This document shows positions 26,289 to 38,185 of a stretch of 64,000 nt of DNA, one piece after another. This stretch comes from Thelocarpon superellum (Eukaryota), in assembly GCA_026025795.1 (NCBI GenBank), contig JAPEUG010000011.1:1-64000 (forward strand). Direction: 5' to 3'. The translations under genes and the position numbers were made by a program. Positions within the stretch are counted from its first letter, which is position 1; the number at the start of each line of letters is the position of its first letter. The notes under the pieces were generated by a model that did no database searches, was not told the DNA's origin, and saw only the letters and a program-made list of their open reading frames with translations.

Positions 26289-27134
26289 ATGCCTGGCATC
26301 TGGGCCAAGTTTCGACTCGGCAAGTCGGTGGCCGATGAGGCGTTGGCGAAGCATGCTGGTCGTGAAGCCGACCCAGAGCTCCCGCCAACGGCGACGACCT
26401 ACCGACACATCCCCGTGCACGCGCAGACGGACGCCATCATCGGATGCCCCGGTGGCTACAAGGAGATGGACCGCGTGGCCATCCGCCGCCAGTCCCGACG
26501 GCGAAGCCAGATGCCCGTCAGCTACTCCACGTACCGCAAGGATAGCTACTACTCCCACACCGAGCCGGGCAGCTCCACGGGGCTGCGCATGGCCGACCGC
26601 AAGACGGAGTCGCGCCTGTCCAAGCGGATTGACTCGGGATTCGCAAGTGGTATGCCTTCAGATCGCTTCAGCATTGGTACGCCAAGGAAGCAGAGGGGCG
26701 GGACTGGTGCTGACATGGCGCAGGCGCGCACTCGGTCCGCAGCCGGCACGATCATTCCGGATCCTCCTCTCGTGAGCTCCATTGACCCCTCGGTCCGCCC
26801 CGTCGCACGAACGCTCGGCTGACTGATGGCAGAGGAGGATCTCCCGACGATGAAAGGCAAGCAGCGGGCCGGTTCGCGGCCGCCGTCCAGTGTGCGTGTA
26901 GATTCGTCTCCGACGGGCTGGAGAGCGCCGCAGACGATCCGCGTGGACCACCTCAGCGTGTGCGAGATGCTGCACGACAACCCTCATCGCAAGGTGGGGC
27001 AAGCGCCACGGCTCACGTCACCGCGCGAGCCGTCGGCGACGACGGGAAAGCCGGCGCCCGCGACGGCCGGAAAGGAGACCAAAGGCAAGAAGACGTGGCG
27101 CTTCGGTCGACGGGCCAGCAAGGCGGCGGCCTAG
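26289..27134 (+). CDS. Fungal hypothetical protein, basic and Ser/Arg-rich, 3 exons
   Basis: N-terminal block YRHIPVHAQTDAIIGCPGGYKEMDRVAIRRQSRRRS resembles a motif in filamentous-fungal hypothetical proteins. Introns 26650-26723 (GTATGC..GCTGAC..CAG) and 26772-26832 (GTGAGC..GCTGAC..CAG) are phase-compatible and join ORFs 26289 and 26826. Confidence 0.75.
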
Positions 27135-27685
27135 TGGCGAAGCGATCGACCGTGGCTCGTCACGTGGATGGGCCGCGGCGCGACTGTGGGAGTGCTGTTC
27201 TTTCCGCGTCTGTTCGCAGGTCGAGGGTGGCCGCCGGCGTTGCTTGATCGCTAATTTGGCCGTGTCTCGCACTTTTACCGACTGAATTCTTTTGTTCGCT
27301 GGACGATGGATGGGACGGGCAATGGGACACATAGACAGAGCGAGATGGCGTTCGCAGGACCGAGCTTCTCCGCCGTGGAGACTACGCCTTTTTCCCTTTT
27401 TCCCTCTTTCCCTTTTTCCCTTTGTGTCCTTCACACTTGCACACTTGCACGATGATCGCCTCGCCACTTTCAACCGTCTGGTGGCCAGCCGTGCACCGGC
27501 GGCGGGCGGCTGGCGCTCGGTAGCCGGCGGGGCCCATAGCGAAAAGGCTAAAATGCCCCACCACACCACACCACGCCGCGCCCACTACCGCGCCCACTCG
27601 CGCTGCAACCCCCACCTTCACCGACTCTCACGGGCCAGTCCCACGCCCGCAGGCCGAGCGTCCAGTTGCCCATACGCACCATCGT

Positions 27686-27756
27686 CCAATGGCCCAATGG
27701 CCCAATGGCCCAATGGCATAGTGGTCCAGTGGTCCAGTGATCCAGTGAGCCAGTGA
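27686..27756. repeat. Tandem 8-mers: (CCAATGGC)x4, then degenerate CCAGTGRN units
   Basis: ccaatggc four times at 27686-27717, then gtggtccagtggtccagtgatccagtgagccagtga. Confidence 0.85.
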
Positions 27757-28081
27757 TTCAACGGTGCGCACGGTAGGGTAGTAGCTATGGAAGGATAAAA
27801 TACCACTACATCGCCGCAGCCATGTCTCTCCTCCCCCTCTGCTCCACCTCCTCTCCGTGCCTACTCGGCGTATTCCACCCACACAGTGAGCGACTTCGGG
27901 AGCTTTGCGCTCACTCCCCTCTTCCAAAGCTCCCCAATCCGCATCCGCGTGTCGTGCCCGCCCTCGCCTTTCCCCAGTCCTTCCCCGTCCATTCTCTTAG
28001 TCCGCCCAGGCACGCGGTGCACGATAGACGAGGGACGAGTCGTGACGAGTCGTGGCAAGACACACGCGCGCACCCACGACC

Positions 28082-29731
28082 ATGGACGAAAAAGGCCCGA
28101 TCCCGACGTCGGTCACGTCCGTGCCCGCAACTAGCAAGACCGCAGAGCCGAATGCGGTCGCGGTCGGCGCGGTCGGCGCCGCGTCGGAGACCTCGTCGGA
28201 CCAAGGCGCGCACGGCGCGCCCGAGGTCGTCGCGGTAGGACCCGACGGTGCGGCGGCCGGCGTTGGGCCCGACAATGCTGGCGGCGGTGGCAATGGCAGC
28301 ACCACCGTGGAGGAGCTGGAGCAACGTGACCAAGCGTGGTACGCGTACTTTAAGACCAAGGACTTCTGGATGGTCCTAGCGCTCGGGTGAGCTCTCTCGG
28401 CGTCGGGTCTTTGATCCTGCCCCGTCTGTTCCTGTCGTGCCATTGCTGCTTCGGCCTTGTCGTTCGTCGTCCGTCGTCCGTCAGAGTCGTGGTCCTCCTT
28501 CGGGCGTAGGCTGAGAAGGTGCGCCATGGCGCTTGGACCGCCACAGTCAGGTCCTGGCCCTCTGCATCACCGGTACCAATACCTTCACGTCGCTGCTGGC
28601 CAACGTGGGCACGAACATCCCCGCCTTCCAGACTTTCTTCAACTACGTCTTGCTCAATCTGGTCTACACCAGCTACACCATCTACCGCTATGGGTGGAAG
28701 AAGTGGGGTCGGCTGCTGTTGAAGGATGGGTGGAAATGTAGGTCTCTCGCTGCGGGCGCCCGATGACGGCCGCCACCCGCTCCCGCGGCCCTCCTCCTCC
28801 CTAACCCCCCGGTCCGGCCATCTCCCCGGACGCGCGTTCCCAAAGAAGCGATTATTGACTGTGCATGGTTCCAGACATCATCCTTTCGTTCCTTGACGTC
28901 GAAGGCGTAAGTGTGCTTCTCGTCTCTCGTACCCGGCGGCTCGGCGTGGACTGATGCGGGATGGCGCGGGCGCAGAACTACTTTGTCGTGCTGGCGTACC
29001 GGTACACGACCATCCTGTCGGCGCAGCTGATCAATTTCTGGGCCATTGTCATCGTGGTGGTGGTGTCGTTCCTCTTCCTGCGCGTGCGCTACCACTGGTC
29101 GCAGGTGGCGGGGATCGTGGTGTGCATCGGTGGCATGGGCCTCCTCTTGGCGAGCGACCACATCACGGGCTCGAACGGCAGCGTGGCGACGGACGAGCTG
29201 AAGGGCGACCTGTTCGCGCTGCTGGGCGCCACATTCTACGGCCTCAGCAACGTGGCGGAGGAGTTCCTGGTGTCCAAGCGGCCGCTGTACGAAGTCGTGG
29301 GCCAGCTCGGCTTCTGGGGCATGTTGATCAACGGCACGCAGGCCGGGATCTTCGACCGGTCCAGCTTCGCCGGCGCGACGTGGAACGGGGCCGTGGGCGG
29401 CTACCTGGTGGGGTACACGCTGCTGCTGTTCATCTTCTACACCGGTGCGCCCATACTGTTCCGGCTCTCCAGCGCCGCCTTCTTCAACATCTCCCTGCTG
29501 ACGGGCAACTTCTGGGGCGTGGTCGTCGGAGTCCGCGTCTTCGGCTACTCCATCCACTGGCTGTACCCCGTCGCTTTCACCCTCATCATGCTCGGCCACT
29601 TTGTCTACTATCTCGGCAAGAGCATCCTCGGCGAGGCGCGCAAGCCGTGGTTGGGTCGGAACCAGGAACAGGGTGTTGCGGGCGTGGGCACGGCCAAGCG
29701 CCGAGCTCTTCGCCCCGAGGCCTTGGTCTAG
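28082..29731 (+). CDS. SLC35F-family (DUF914) drug/metabolite-superfamily transporter, 4 exons
   Basis: LALGQVLALCITGTNTFT, NIPAFQTFFNYVLL, FLDVEGNYFVVLAYRYTTILSAQL, GDLFALLGATFYGLSNVAEE, SSAAFFNISLLTGNFW. Introns 28387-28546, 28738-28874, 28907-28975, with a 32-nt internal exon at 28875-28906. Confidence 0.93.
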
Positions 29732-29794
29732 GAAACACACGCCCAGAAGGTGCTCTTCATCGAGATAAGCAACAGCAGCAGGAGCAGCAGCGGC

Positions 29795-29823
29795 GGTGGT
29801 GGTGGTGGTGGTGGTGGTGGTGG
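29795..29823. repeat. (GGT)n microsatellite in the 3' UTR of the SLC35F gene
   Basis: About 9 consecutive GGT units read directly. Confidence 0.9.
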
Positions 29824-30402
29824 CTGGGGGACAAACAACGGGAAAGCAGAGGGGAAAGAAACGAAGGCGGAAAAGATGGGCATCAGAGAGAACCACGAAC
29901 CGGATACATTCATTTTTGAGCGGGTTGACCACGCCCCAGCGTCCCGTCTCTTGAGACACGTTCGTTCACTCGTTCGTTCGTTCCATACTTTGGACTAGCT
30001 GTCCCTTTTGACTCCGTCCATGTCGCACGAGTAGTCTAGGAAGTTTACCTCGCGCAAGTAACGAATGAAGAACTCCGCGAACATACTCGAATACGAAGCA
30101 ATGAGCAGAGCCCCGGATGGAATCACCGCGGAAGCTGAACGCGATGACTGGCGAAATGCCTCCCTTTCACAAGACTACCAGTCTCATGTGAGATGGAGAC
30201 AGGCAGGTGTCTACGTGTGACACAACTACTATCCAATGCCACCCTCTCTCCCCTTTGCTTGCCAACTCAAAAAAACGAGATGGAAAGAAGAGGAAGAAAG
30301 GAGAGCACACATGCTGTTTGCGGATCGGTCCCCGTGAAGCGTGGTCATCATCATAAGTCGTAATCTCTACAATGCTCCCGCTCTGCTCTGCTCGGTTCTG
30401 CT

Positions 30403-32360
30403 CTAATCCTCGCAACTGATCTCTTCCGAAGGTGATGCCGCAGGAGGAGGTGAAGGGGACGAGGGCACCGGGCTAGGGATGATGGGTTCGTCAAGGTATA
30501 CTGTCAATTCGTCATCAGTATGGGAACAGATGGAGGGAGGAAGGAAGGAAGGGGGAGGAAGGAGGAAGGGAAGAGCGCTTACCATGTGGTCTAATAAACC
30601 ACGTCAGGAGAAAAGCCAGGCCAAACGTGGACGTGAGGCACACAAAGACTGTCTGGGTGAAAGCGCCGACGGTCTGGCTATAGATGAGGTTGAAGATGGT
30701 TGGCGCCACGACGCGCGCGAGCGCATGAAGAAGACCCGTTGCGCCGAGGAGTTGGCCCGTCCGGTCCGGAGGCACGTGTTTCGTCAGCGCCGATTGGATG
30801 GTCGGGGGCCCGATGCCGCCGAGGGAGGCCACAACGCCCGAGGCGGTGAACAGCGAGCCGGTACGCACAAGTGTGTAACCGAGGTAGCCCAGCATGTCGA
30901 TGAAGACGGCGACGCGGATGATGCCCATGTCAAGCTGGTCGGAGCCCGAGTTCCGTTGCCGGACTCCGGCGTTGCGCCGGCGGAAGTAGGAGGTGATGAG
31001 GGGCAAGATGATGAGGAGGGTGAGGACGCGGCCGGTGTTGACCACGGACATGAAGAAGCTGGCTTCGAAATTCCCCCAGTGAAACTGAAATTCCGAATAC
31101 AGGAGCACCACCGTCATCGACCCCATGGCCACGCCAAAGGTGATGGTGTCGACGGCCGAGAGAAAGAGCAGGTTCATGCGCACCGCGCGCGACGAACCAT
31201 CGCCCGTGGGAAAGAGAATGGCGAGCGGGGTGAAGAGGTTGATGAAGCTGCGAATCATGATGGCAAAAGGGCGGAGCAGCACCCGGCTCTTAAGCGCCTT
31301 GACCCATTTCACTTGCTCCGTGCGATCTTCGAGCAGCCGATGTTTCTCCCGCGCCGCCAACTGGCGAGCTTTGGTGAGCGACTCGGGGATGATGAAGAGC
31401 AAGAAGCAGATGAAGATGAGATGGCAGGCGAGCGCGATGTAGAAGACGCTCAGGACCTGGCCCGTGGCCTTGATGACGTAGCCGGCGATGATGGGGCCCA
31501 CGGCAATGCCCGTGAACAAGCAGCCGTGGAAGTAGCCAAAGGCAACATTTCGCCGCGAGGGCGGGGTGCAGTCGGTGGCGTAGGAGTGGGTCAGTGCCAT
31601 GGCGGCGGTAAAGGAGCCAAAGAGTCCGTCGCACGCATACCCGAGCAACAGCCAATTGACGGAGACGACGTCGGGGTAGGTGGCGGCGACGATGGTGATG
31701 ATTTCGCCAACCAGCATGCCACATGTCGTCGTCGCGATGACGCGGCGCCGACCGAACCGATCCGAGATGGCGCCCAGCTTGGGGCTGCTGATGGCCGACA
31801 GGATGCCCGCGGCCAGGTTGCAGTACAGGGTGAACTTTGCCACCAAGGACTGCACCTCCGGAATCTGACATTGGGGGTTCTCATCGCCGAAGATGACGGG
31901 CAGTGTCTGATGGCTGGGATCGGCGAAAGCGCGGTCGGCCATGTATTGGCGGCAGATCAAGGTGAGGATCAGATTCAGCTTGGGCACGATGATGCCTCCA
32001 AAAGCTAGGGTGAAGAGGATGAAAGACGGAAGCAACCAGTACACCTGGATCTGTGGTGAGCATGCGGCGCCCCCATCATCGACTGTGCCCTCTTACCGAT
32101 GGCCGCTTCCACCACGGCAATCCTTCTAAATCGGCCGCGCCCGGCCAGACGTCATCGCCTTTGCCTGCACCATCCGCGGCGCCGTCGAGCCCTCCGCCAC
32201 TGACCAGCAAGGGTGTCTCTTCGTCCTGAGCACCGGCAACATCCGGGGTCCTGGGGTAGACGGTGTCGGCTTCGTGCTCATCCAGTTGCGCTGTCGACGA
32301 AAAGCGACCTAGGCGGGCCTCGACACGTGCCTCGGTGTCAAAGACAGGCTCGTTCTCCAT
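30403..32360 (-). CDS. MFS transporter (TetA-like / SLC46-like), 3 exons
   Basis: MFS motif A GAISDRFGRRRV, HSYATDCTPPSRRNVAFG, GIAVGP, about 12 hydrophobic segments, N-terminal acidic dileucine DEETPLL and PWWKRPS. Introns 32045-32096 and 30501-30582. Confidence 0.92.
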
Positions 32361-33060
32361 CTTGCTGGCGACTCCTAAATGACTGTAGGGAGCAACCGGG
32401 CATTGAACTTTCGAGATCAATGCAGGTCGCTATTCCGTCCGATCCGCCATGGTGGAGTGGCCTCTCGGTGGAAGGACGTGTGGATCTATCGCAACGAGCG
32501 AATCTCAGATAAGACACGTTGGCAGGGCAAGTGATGATGTATGCGTGACCTGGGCGGCGAACGACCTACGCCATCTGCGCTCTTGGTCCCCGGGTCGGCA
32601 ACCCGATCTGGGGCCGCGCGGTATGTCGCTCGTACCGGGGTATGACGCTTGGTAATGCGAACCTTGGAACGGGAGCGAGATCATAGTAGTGACTGGCGAA
32701 TCCGGTGCGGGTTGGTTTCCACCCGACCGCCGTCCACCGTCCGCCGTAGCCTCGGCTTCGGTGGGGCCCGATCGCCGGCCCACCCGCAAGACAGAGGGCG
32801 AGTCTGATGGCCACGAAGTACCTCCTCGTAGACTCATCGCACTGTCTCTTTGTACGCAAGGCTAACCCATACACCAGTGATTTGCGCTCTTTATGGTCTT
32901 CATTCATCTCTCGATCGGACCATCCTCGCTGAATCTAGGAGGAGTATGAAGTACACGGTATCTCACTGTCCCACCAAGTAACCCCGTGCACCATGACATG
33001 CAACAGTAGAGGCCAAGTAGAGGCCAAGGAGAGGGCAGGTAGAGAAGAAGTGGATGGTCC

Positions 33061-34453
33061 CTAGCGAAGAGCGTCATGCCCTGCGAAGAACCTCTTCGAC
33101 TCCAGACACCGCTCACTTTTACATCCCGGGCAGCGCAAGCCCATCTGCGTTGAGCACCTGATCCCACTCTGCAGGTGCTCGTGGGCAATGTCGGCCAGAG
33201 CCCGGATGAAGACGGGGCTCCCGTTCAGACTCTCGGCACGCTTGATGCCCTCATGGCCGGCCTCGCCAATCACCTCTTGATCGAGCTCGTAGAGGGTCTC
33301 GATGTGGTCGCTGGTAAAGGCTACCGGGATCAACACTAGATCCGTCTGACCCTTCTTCACATACTCCTCCACCGTCGTGCTGGTCTGCGCCCCTAACCAG
33401 GCCGACGGTCCCACCTGTGACTGCCAGACCAGCCGATAGGGGTTGGAGAATTCGAGGCGCTGCATCACCGCATGCACCGTCGCCGCCACTTCCGCTGGAT
33501 ACGGATCGCCTAGGTGTTCGTCAGGAAGCGTGCTGGCATCTCAGCAGACCACCCTCACCTCGATTGACCACGCTCATCGGCAAGGAGTGGGCCGAGAAGA
33601 GGAGGACCACGCTCTTGCGTCGTTCCTCCGGGTAGGTCGTCAGCTGGGCCTCCACGTTGCGCGCAATAGCCTCCACCAGGCCCGGGTGGACGGGCCAGCG
33701 ATCGATCACACTCCACTCGATCGTTCCATCTGCCTCATCCTCGCTCGTCGCGCGCTTCCCCTCCAATCGCGTCCGCCACTTCCAGAGCTCGTTGAGCGAA
33801 CTCCCCGTAGTCGAACAGGAATACTGTGGATACTGGGTAAAGGCCACGGCGCGGCCCCCCTTGCCGCCACCAAATCCGTCGTCCAGGAGCTTGGTGTACA
33901 TTTCCTCGGTCAACGGGTTGGCGTAGCGGAAGGCGACGTAGGGGAGATGCGGCGCCGTCTCCGGTGAGATCTCGTCGAGGATCGTGCACATCTCGGCGGA
34001 TTGGAGCTCGGACCATTTGCGAATGGGGGAGCCCCCTCCGATGGCCGCATATTGCCCCTTAATCTTGGGCGTTCGCCGCCGCGAGATGAGCGGCCCGAGG
34101 TAGCCCTGCAACCGTCCCAGCGGAATGAGGTCGCCGTCCGCCTAGAGGTCGCCGCGTGAGCCTTCAGTCATCCCGGGTGCAGGCACACGCACGAAGGGGC
34201 TTCATACAAACAATCGGCTCAGAAAATCTCCCACTTCGTCGGTGGTGGACGGCCCACCCATGTTCATGAAAACCATGGCCGTTGGACCCTTTGCGCTCGT
34301 CCGATCCTGGGTGACCGGGGGTACGATGGACGCCAACGACCGGACTCCAGGGGCACTCTGTTGGACTCGAGAGACCATGCTTGCAGACAGAGTCGTCCAC
34401 GACTGCAGTCTGGGTCGTTTGGCCCAGTGGACCATTGGCCTTGAAGCTGCCAT
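33061..34453 (-). CDS. HEM15: Mitochondrial ferrochelatase, 3 exons
   Basis: FMNMGGPST, IGGGSPIRKW, YPQYSCSTTGSS, FSAHSLP, RGDPYPAEV, WQSQVGP, AFTSDHIETLYELD; basic N-terminal presequence. Introns 34142-34207 and 33510-33558. Confidence 0.97.
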
Positions 34454-34783
34454 GATCTCGAATGCCGTGTCGAACGGAGATACTGGATCCCGTCGATTAT
34501 TTGCACGAAATACTGAGATCCATGACGCCTCCTCGGGTAGACCTTAACTAATCTCAGCTAAGTTGACGCACGGTGTCGGTACTCCGTCCACTCCAGCACC
34601 TGGAGCTCGTTAGAAAGCTCTACCTTACCTTTTGCCCCGTCACTCCAATCCACCGTCACATGACTTCGCGGGGCGACCGCGCCAAATTTCGTTAGTGGCG
34701 CGTCTCCAAGACCAAGGTACAGGCAAGATCAGCCAAAAAAGAGATTCTAGAGAGTCGTGTGGACTCTGCTGGGGACTCCCACA
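34454..34783. promoter_or_regulatory. Probable bidirectional promoter shared by HEM15 and KU70
   Basis: Only 330 bp separate the divergent start codons; contains a CCAAT near 34645. Confidence 0.65.
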
Positions 34784-37058
34784 ATGGCTGACTCAGACTC
34801 GTGGCTACATCGGGACGATGAAGACGGTGATGCAGAGGACGAAGCGGCAGATGGATTGGTAGGCCTCCCGCATGATCAGAGCCGCGGGATATCACTGATT
34901 GGGCGCGAGTAGGGCTACAAGACCGTCAAAGATGCTGTTCTCTTTGCCATCGAAGTCAGCCCGTCGATGCTGACTGTTGCCCCTTCGTCAGAGGCAAAGA
35001 AAGCGAAAGACGTGTCACCGACCCTGGCCGCCTTGAGCTGTGCATATCACCTGATGCAGCAACGCATCATCTCCCACCCTAATGACTTGATGGGCATCCT
35101 GCTCTTTGGCACCGAACAATCGAGGTCTCGTGAGGCAGGAGAAGAGTCTCGTGGCAACGTCGCCTACCCACACTGCTATCTGTTGACGGATCTGGATGTT
35201 CCCGCCGCGGACGATGTCAAGGCCCTCAAGTCCATCGTGGAGGAGACGGCCACCTCTCACCCGGCGTTGGTCCCATCCACCGAAGCCGTGTCCATGGCCA
35301 ACATGCTCTTCTGCGCCAATCAGATCTTCACCAACAAGGCGGCCAATTTCACCTCTCGTCGACTCTTCATCATCACGGACAATGATAATCCCCACGCCGC
35401 GGACAAGGCCTTGCGCTCCGCCGCCGCCGTGCGAGCCAAGGACCTCTATGACCTCGGCGTCATCATCGAGCTCTTCCCCATCTCCACGCCTGCTCATGAG
35501 TTTGATCCGAGCAATTTCTACGATGTACGCGCCATCTTCACCTCCGCGGGGACTATCGTGGAAACCTCTTGACTGATCCGCATAGGACATCATCTACCGA
35601 ACTCCTCTCAATGACCCGGACGCTCCACGGCTGGCTGCTGCCAAGGCTTCCAAGACGAGCGACGGCATCACGCTGTTGAACTCGCTCCTCTCGTCCATCA
35701 GCTCCAAAGCCGTTCCACGGCGGGCCCTGTTCGCTAACCTTCCGCTTGAAATTGCCCCGGGACTCAAGATCTCGGTCAAGGGGCACATCATCTTCAAGCG
35801 GCAACTACCTGCGCGGAGCTGCTATGTCTGGCTCGACGGCGAGAAGGCGCAGATTGCAAAGGGTACCACGTTACAGACGGCCGGGGACACAACGCGGCCC
35901 GTAGAGAAGGGCGAAATCCGCAAGGCCTACAAGTTCGGGGGTGAGCAGGTGGTCTTTACGCCCGACGAGATCACCTCGCTCCGGTCTTTTGGGGATCCCG
36001 TCATCCGAATTCTTGGATTCAAGCCCATGTCGGCGCTTCCCATCTGGGCCTCGTTGAAACAGTCGACCTTCATCTATCCATCCGAAGAGGACTTTATCGG
36101 ATCGACCCGCGTCTTCTCGGCGCTTCATCAAAAGCTACTGCAGGATGACAAGATGGGCGTGGCATGGTTCGTGGCGCGGAAGAATGCCGCGCCGGTCATC
36201 GCCGCCCTGGTTCCTGGCGCGGAGAAGCTGGGAGAGTACGGCGAGCAAGTGATGCCGCCCGGGCTATGGCTGATTCCGCTCCCGTTTGAAGATGACATCC
36301 GGCAAAATCCCGAGACGATACTGGTCCAATCACCGGACTCGTTAGTGGACCTGATGAGGACCGTGATCCAGCAGCTTCAGTTGCCCAAAGCACAGTACAG
36401 CCCCGAGAGATATCCAAATCCAGGTGGGAGCGTACGCGGATCCAATCTAAGCTAGGCTGACGGCGTCAAGCGCTGCAATGGCATTATCGGATCCTACAGG
36501 CCATGGCCCTCGATGAGGATATTCCCGAGAAGCCGGAAGATAGGACGGTTCCAAAGTATAAGCAGATCGACAAGGTTGGTCATGGTCTGCCAGTGGTTGT
36601 GGTCTCAAGATTGAACGTGTTTCCCCTTCTAGCGCGCCGGAGAATATGTACTCGAGTGGGGCCGCGAGCTCGAACAGCAGTACCGATTATGGCAGAAGGA
36701 GCACGGAAGTGGTCGAGTGGGCGAGAAGAGGGCACTTCCGGTACGTCATGTTCTCATGGTGGGAGTCACTCCTGCTAATCTTGAACGACTCAGATCCAAG
36801 AAGGCGGAATGTTGAAGAGACCCAAGACGACCACGTCCTCCGAGTCTGTGAATGATGAGGAGATGCGGAGACACTTTGACAGGCATGCAGTAGACAAGGT
36901 ATATCGCTGTCAGATCTCTGCAATACAGATGTCTGATACCGTCACAGCTCAAGGTGCCAGCTCTGAAGGCCTGGCTGGAAACGAAGCACATGAGTATTGT
37001 CGGGAAAAAGGCAGAATTGGTGGAGAGAGTGGAGCAGTGGTTTGAAGCAAAGACCTAA
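34784..37058 (+). CDS. KU70: Ku70 DNA end-binding subunit (NHEJ), 7 exons
   Basis: [99 protein letters not shown]-terminal SAP-like [23 protein letters not shown]. Six canonical introns restore the frame. Confidence 0.96.
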
Positions 37059-38185
37059 TCCACCAGGACAAGCCCAAATGAATGGGATTGTGATATCGAC
37101 AGCGACCCTCGTCACAAACCAGATCTCACCGAGATCTTGCACCAGCTCAGCATATCGCTGATGCACGTGGAAGGCGAGAACAGCACAGACACACGAGCAC
37201 GACGTTGCGCGCTTGAGGCTTGACTGGCCATGCATTAATCGTGCATGCCTTGAGCATATCGCGTGCGTTGGTTATGCATCGCGATGGCTTGCATGGACAG
37301 CTTTGACATGGGGCTGGCACAGCTTGACCTTAGCATGACCATGACGAAGCAGCCACCCACCCGCCCTACTCTACTCTACTTTACTCCACACCATTTGGCT
37401 CGGGGTGTACAGCGCATACATGAAACAGCGGACGAGCAAGGCTCCTCCAAGTGTCAAGTTGGCGGTGGATGGGGGACGGATGAAACGAAGAGAGAGGGAT
37501 GAAACCAAAAGGGAGGAAGGAGAAGGAAGGAAGCGATGAAGTAGCATGTGCCTATTCCGTCAGACACTTTGTCAGGTACTCCGTCGCCGACTCTATCAGG
37601 TCCTCCGCAAGCTAGTGGCTAAGCAGCGTTTCGGTCGTGTTCATCCCTGATATTCGGCTCCAGGATCAATCTGAGCTTTGGAGGTGTGAAGGGCAGTGAG
37701 GAGAGAGAGCAAAAGAGAGAGAGCTCAAGGGGAGAGGAGGAGGGAGAGTGAGAGCAAGAGCAAGAAAGCCATGTCGTATCTTTGATTGATTGTGCTGGGC
37801 TAAGATGAGATGCTGCCTGCTGCAGGTCGTTACCGTACATACCACACTCTGCACTGCTCCATTCCACGCTCCATCACTCCACTCCACCCGAATCCGCCTT
37901 CGAGTGCAGGTGGGGACATTTGCCGTAGAGGGCAGGCCGAGCGGGTAAAGCAGGCGGCAAGATCAGAGCAAGGTCGAAGCCGTAAGAACAATGACTAGAC
38001 AGGGAAAAGGTAGACAAGAATCGACCGCTATGCTCTGCTGTGCTATGCAATGGAAATATGTGACTGAAAGGGGCGCCGACGCCGCCGAGGGTTTCCCCTC
38101 ATTCTCTCCATCTGCTTCGTCGGATAGACAGGCACATACACGTACACGTACACATACACCGTCAACCGCACATACACCCCTCCGA

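Noticed and set aside
26820..26828. Apparent stop-codon readthrough (TGA-CTG) linking same-frame ORFs 26289-26822 and 26826-27134
   Set aside because: The TGA is part of the GCTGAC branch point of intron 26772-26832; two ordinary introns explain the join.
29729..29998. Open frame with poly-Gly continuing past the SLC35F TAG
   Set aside because: The protein already ends at a plausible C-terminus, the stop context is not a readthrough motif, and the poly-Gly comes from a GGT microsatellite.
30479..32008. 509-aa plus-strand ORF overlapping the MFS gene (likewise 28688-29959, 19139-20197, 50158-51243)
   Set aside because: Antisense shadows caused by high GC3 codon usage; no recognisable motifs.
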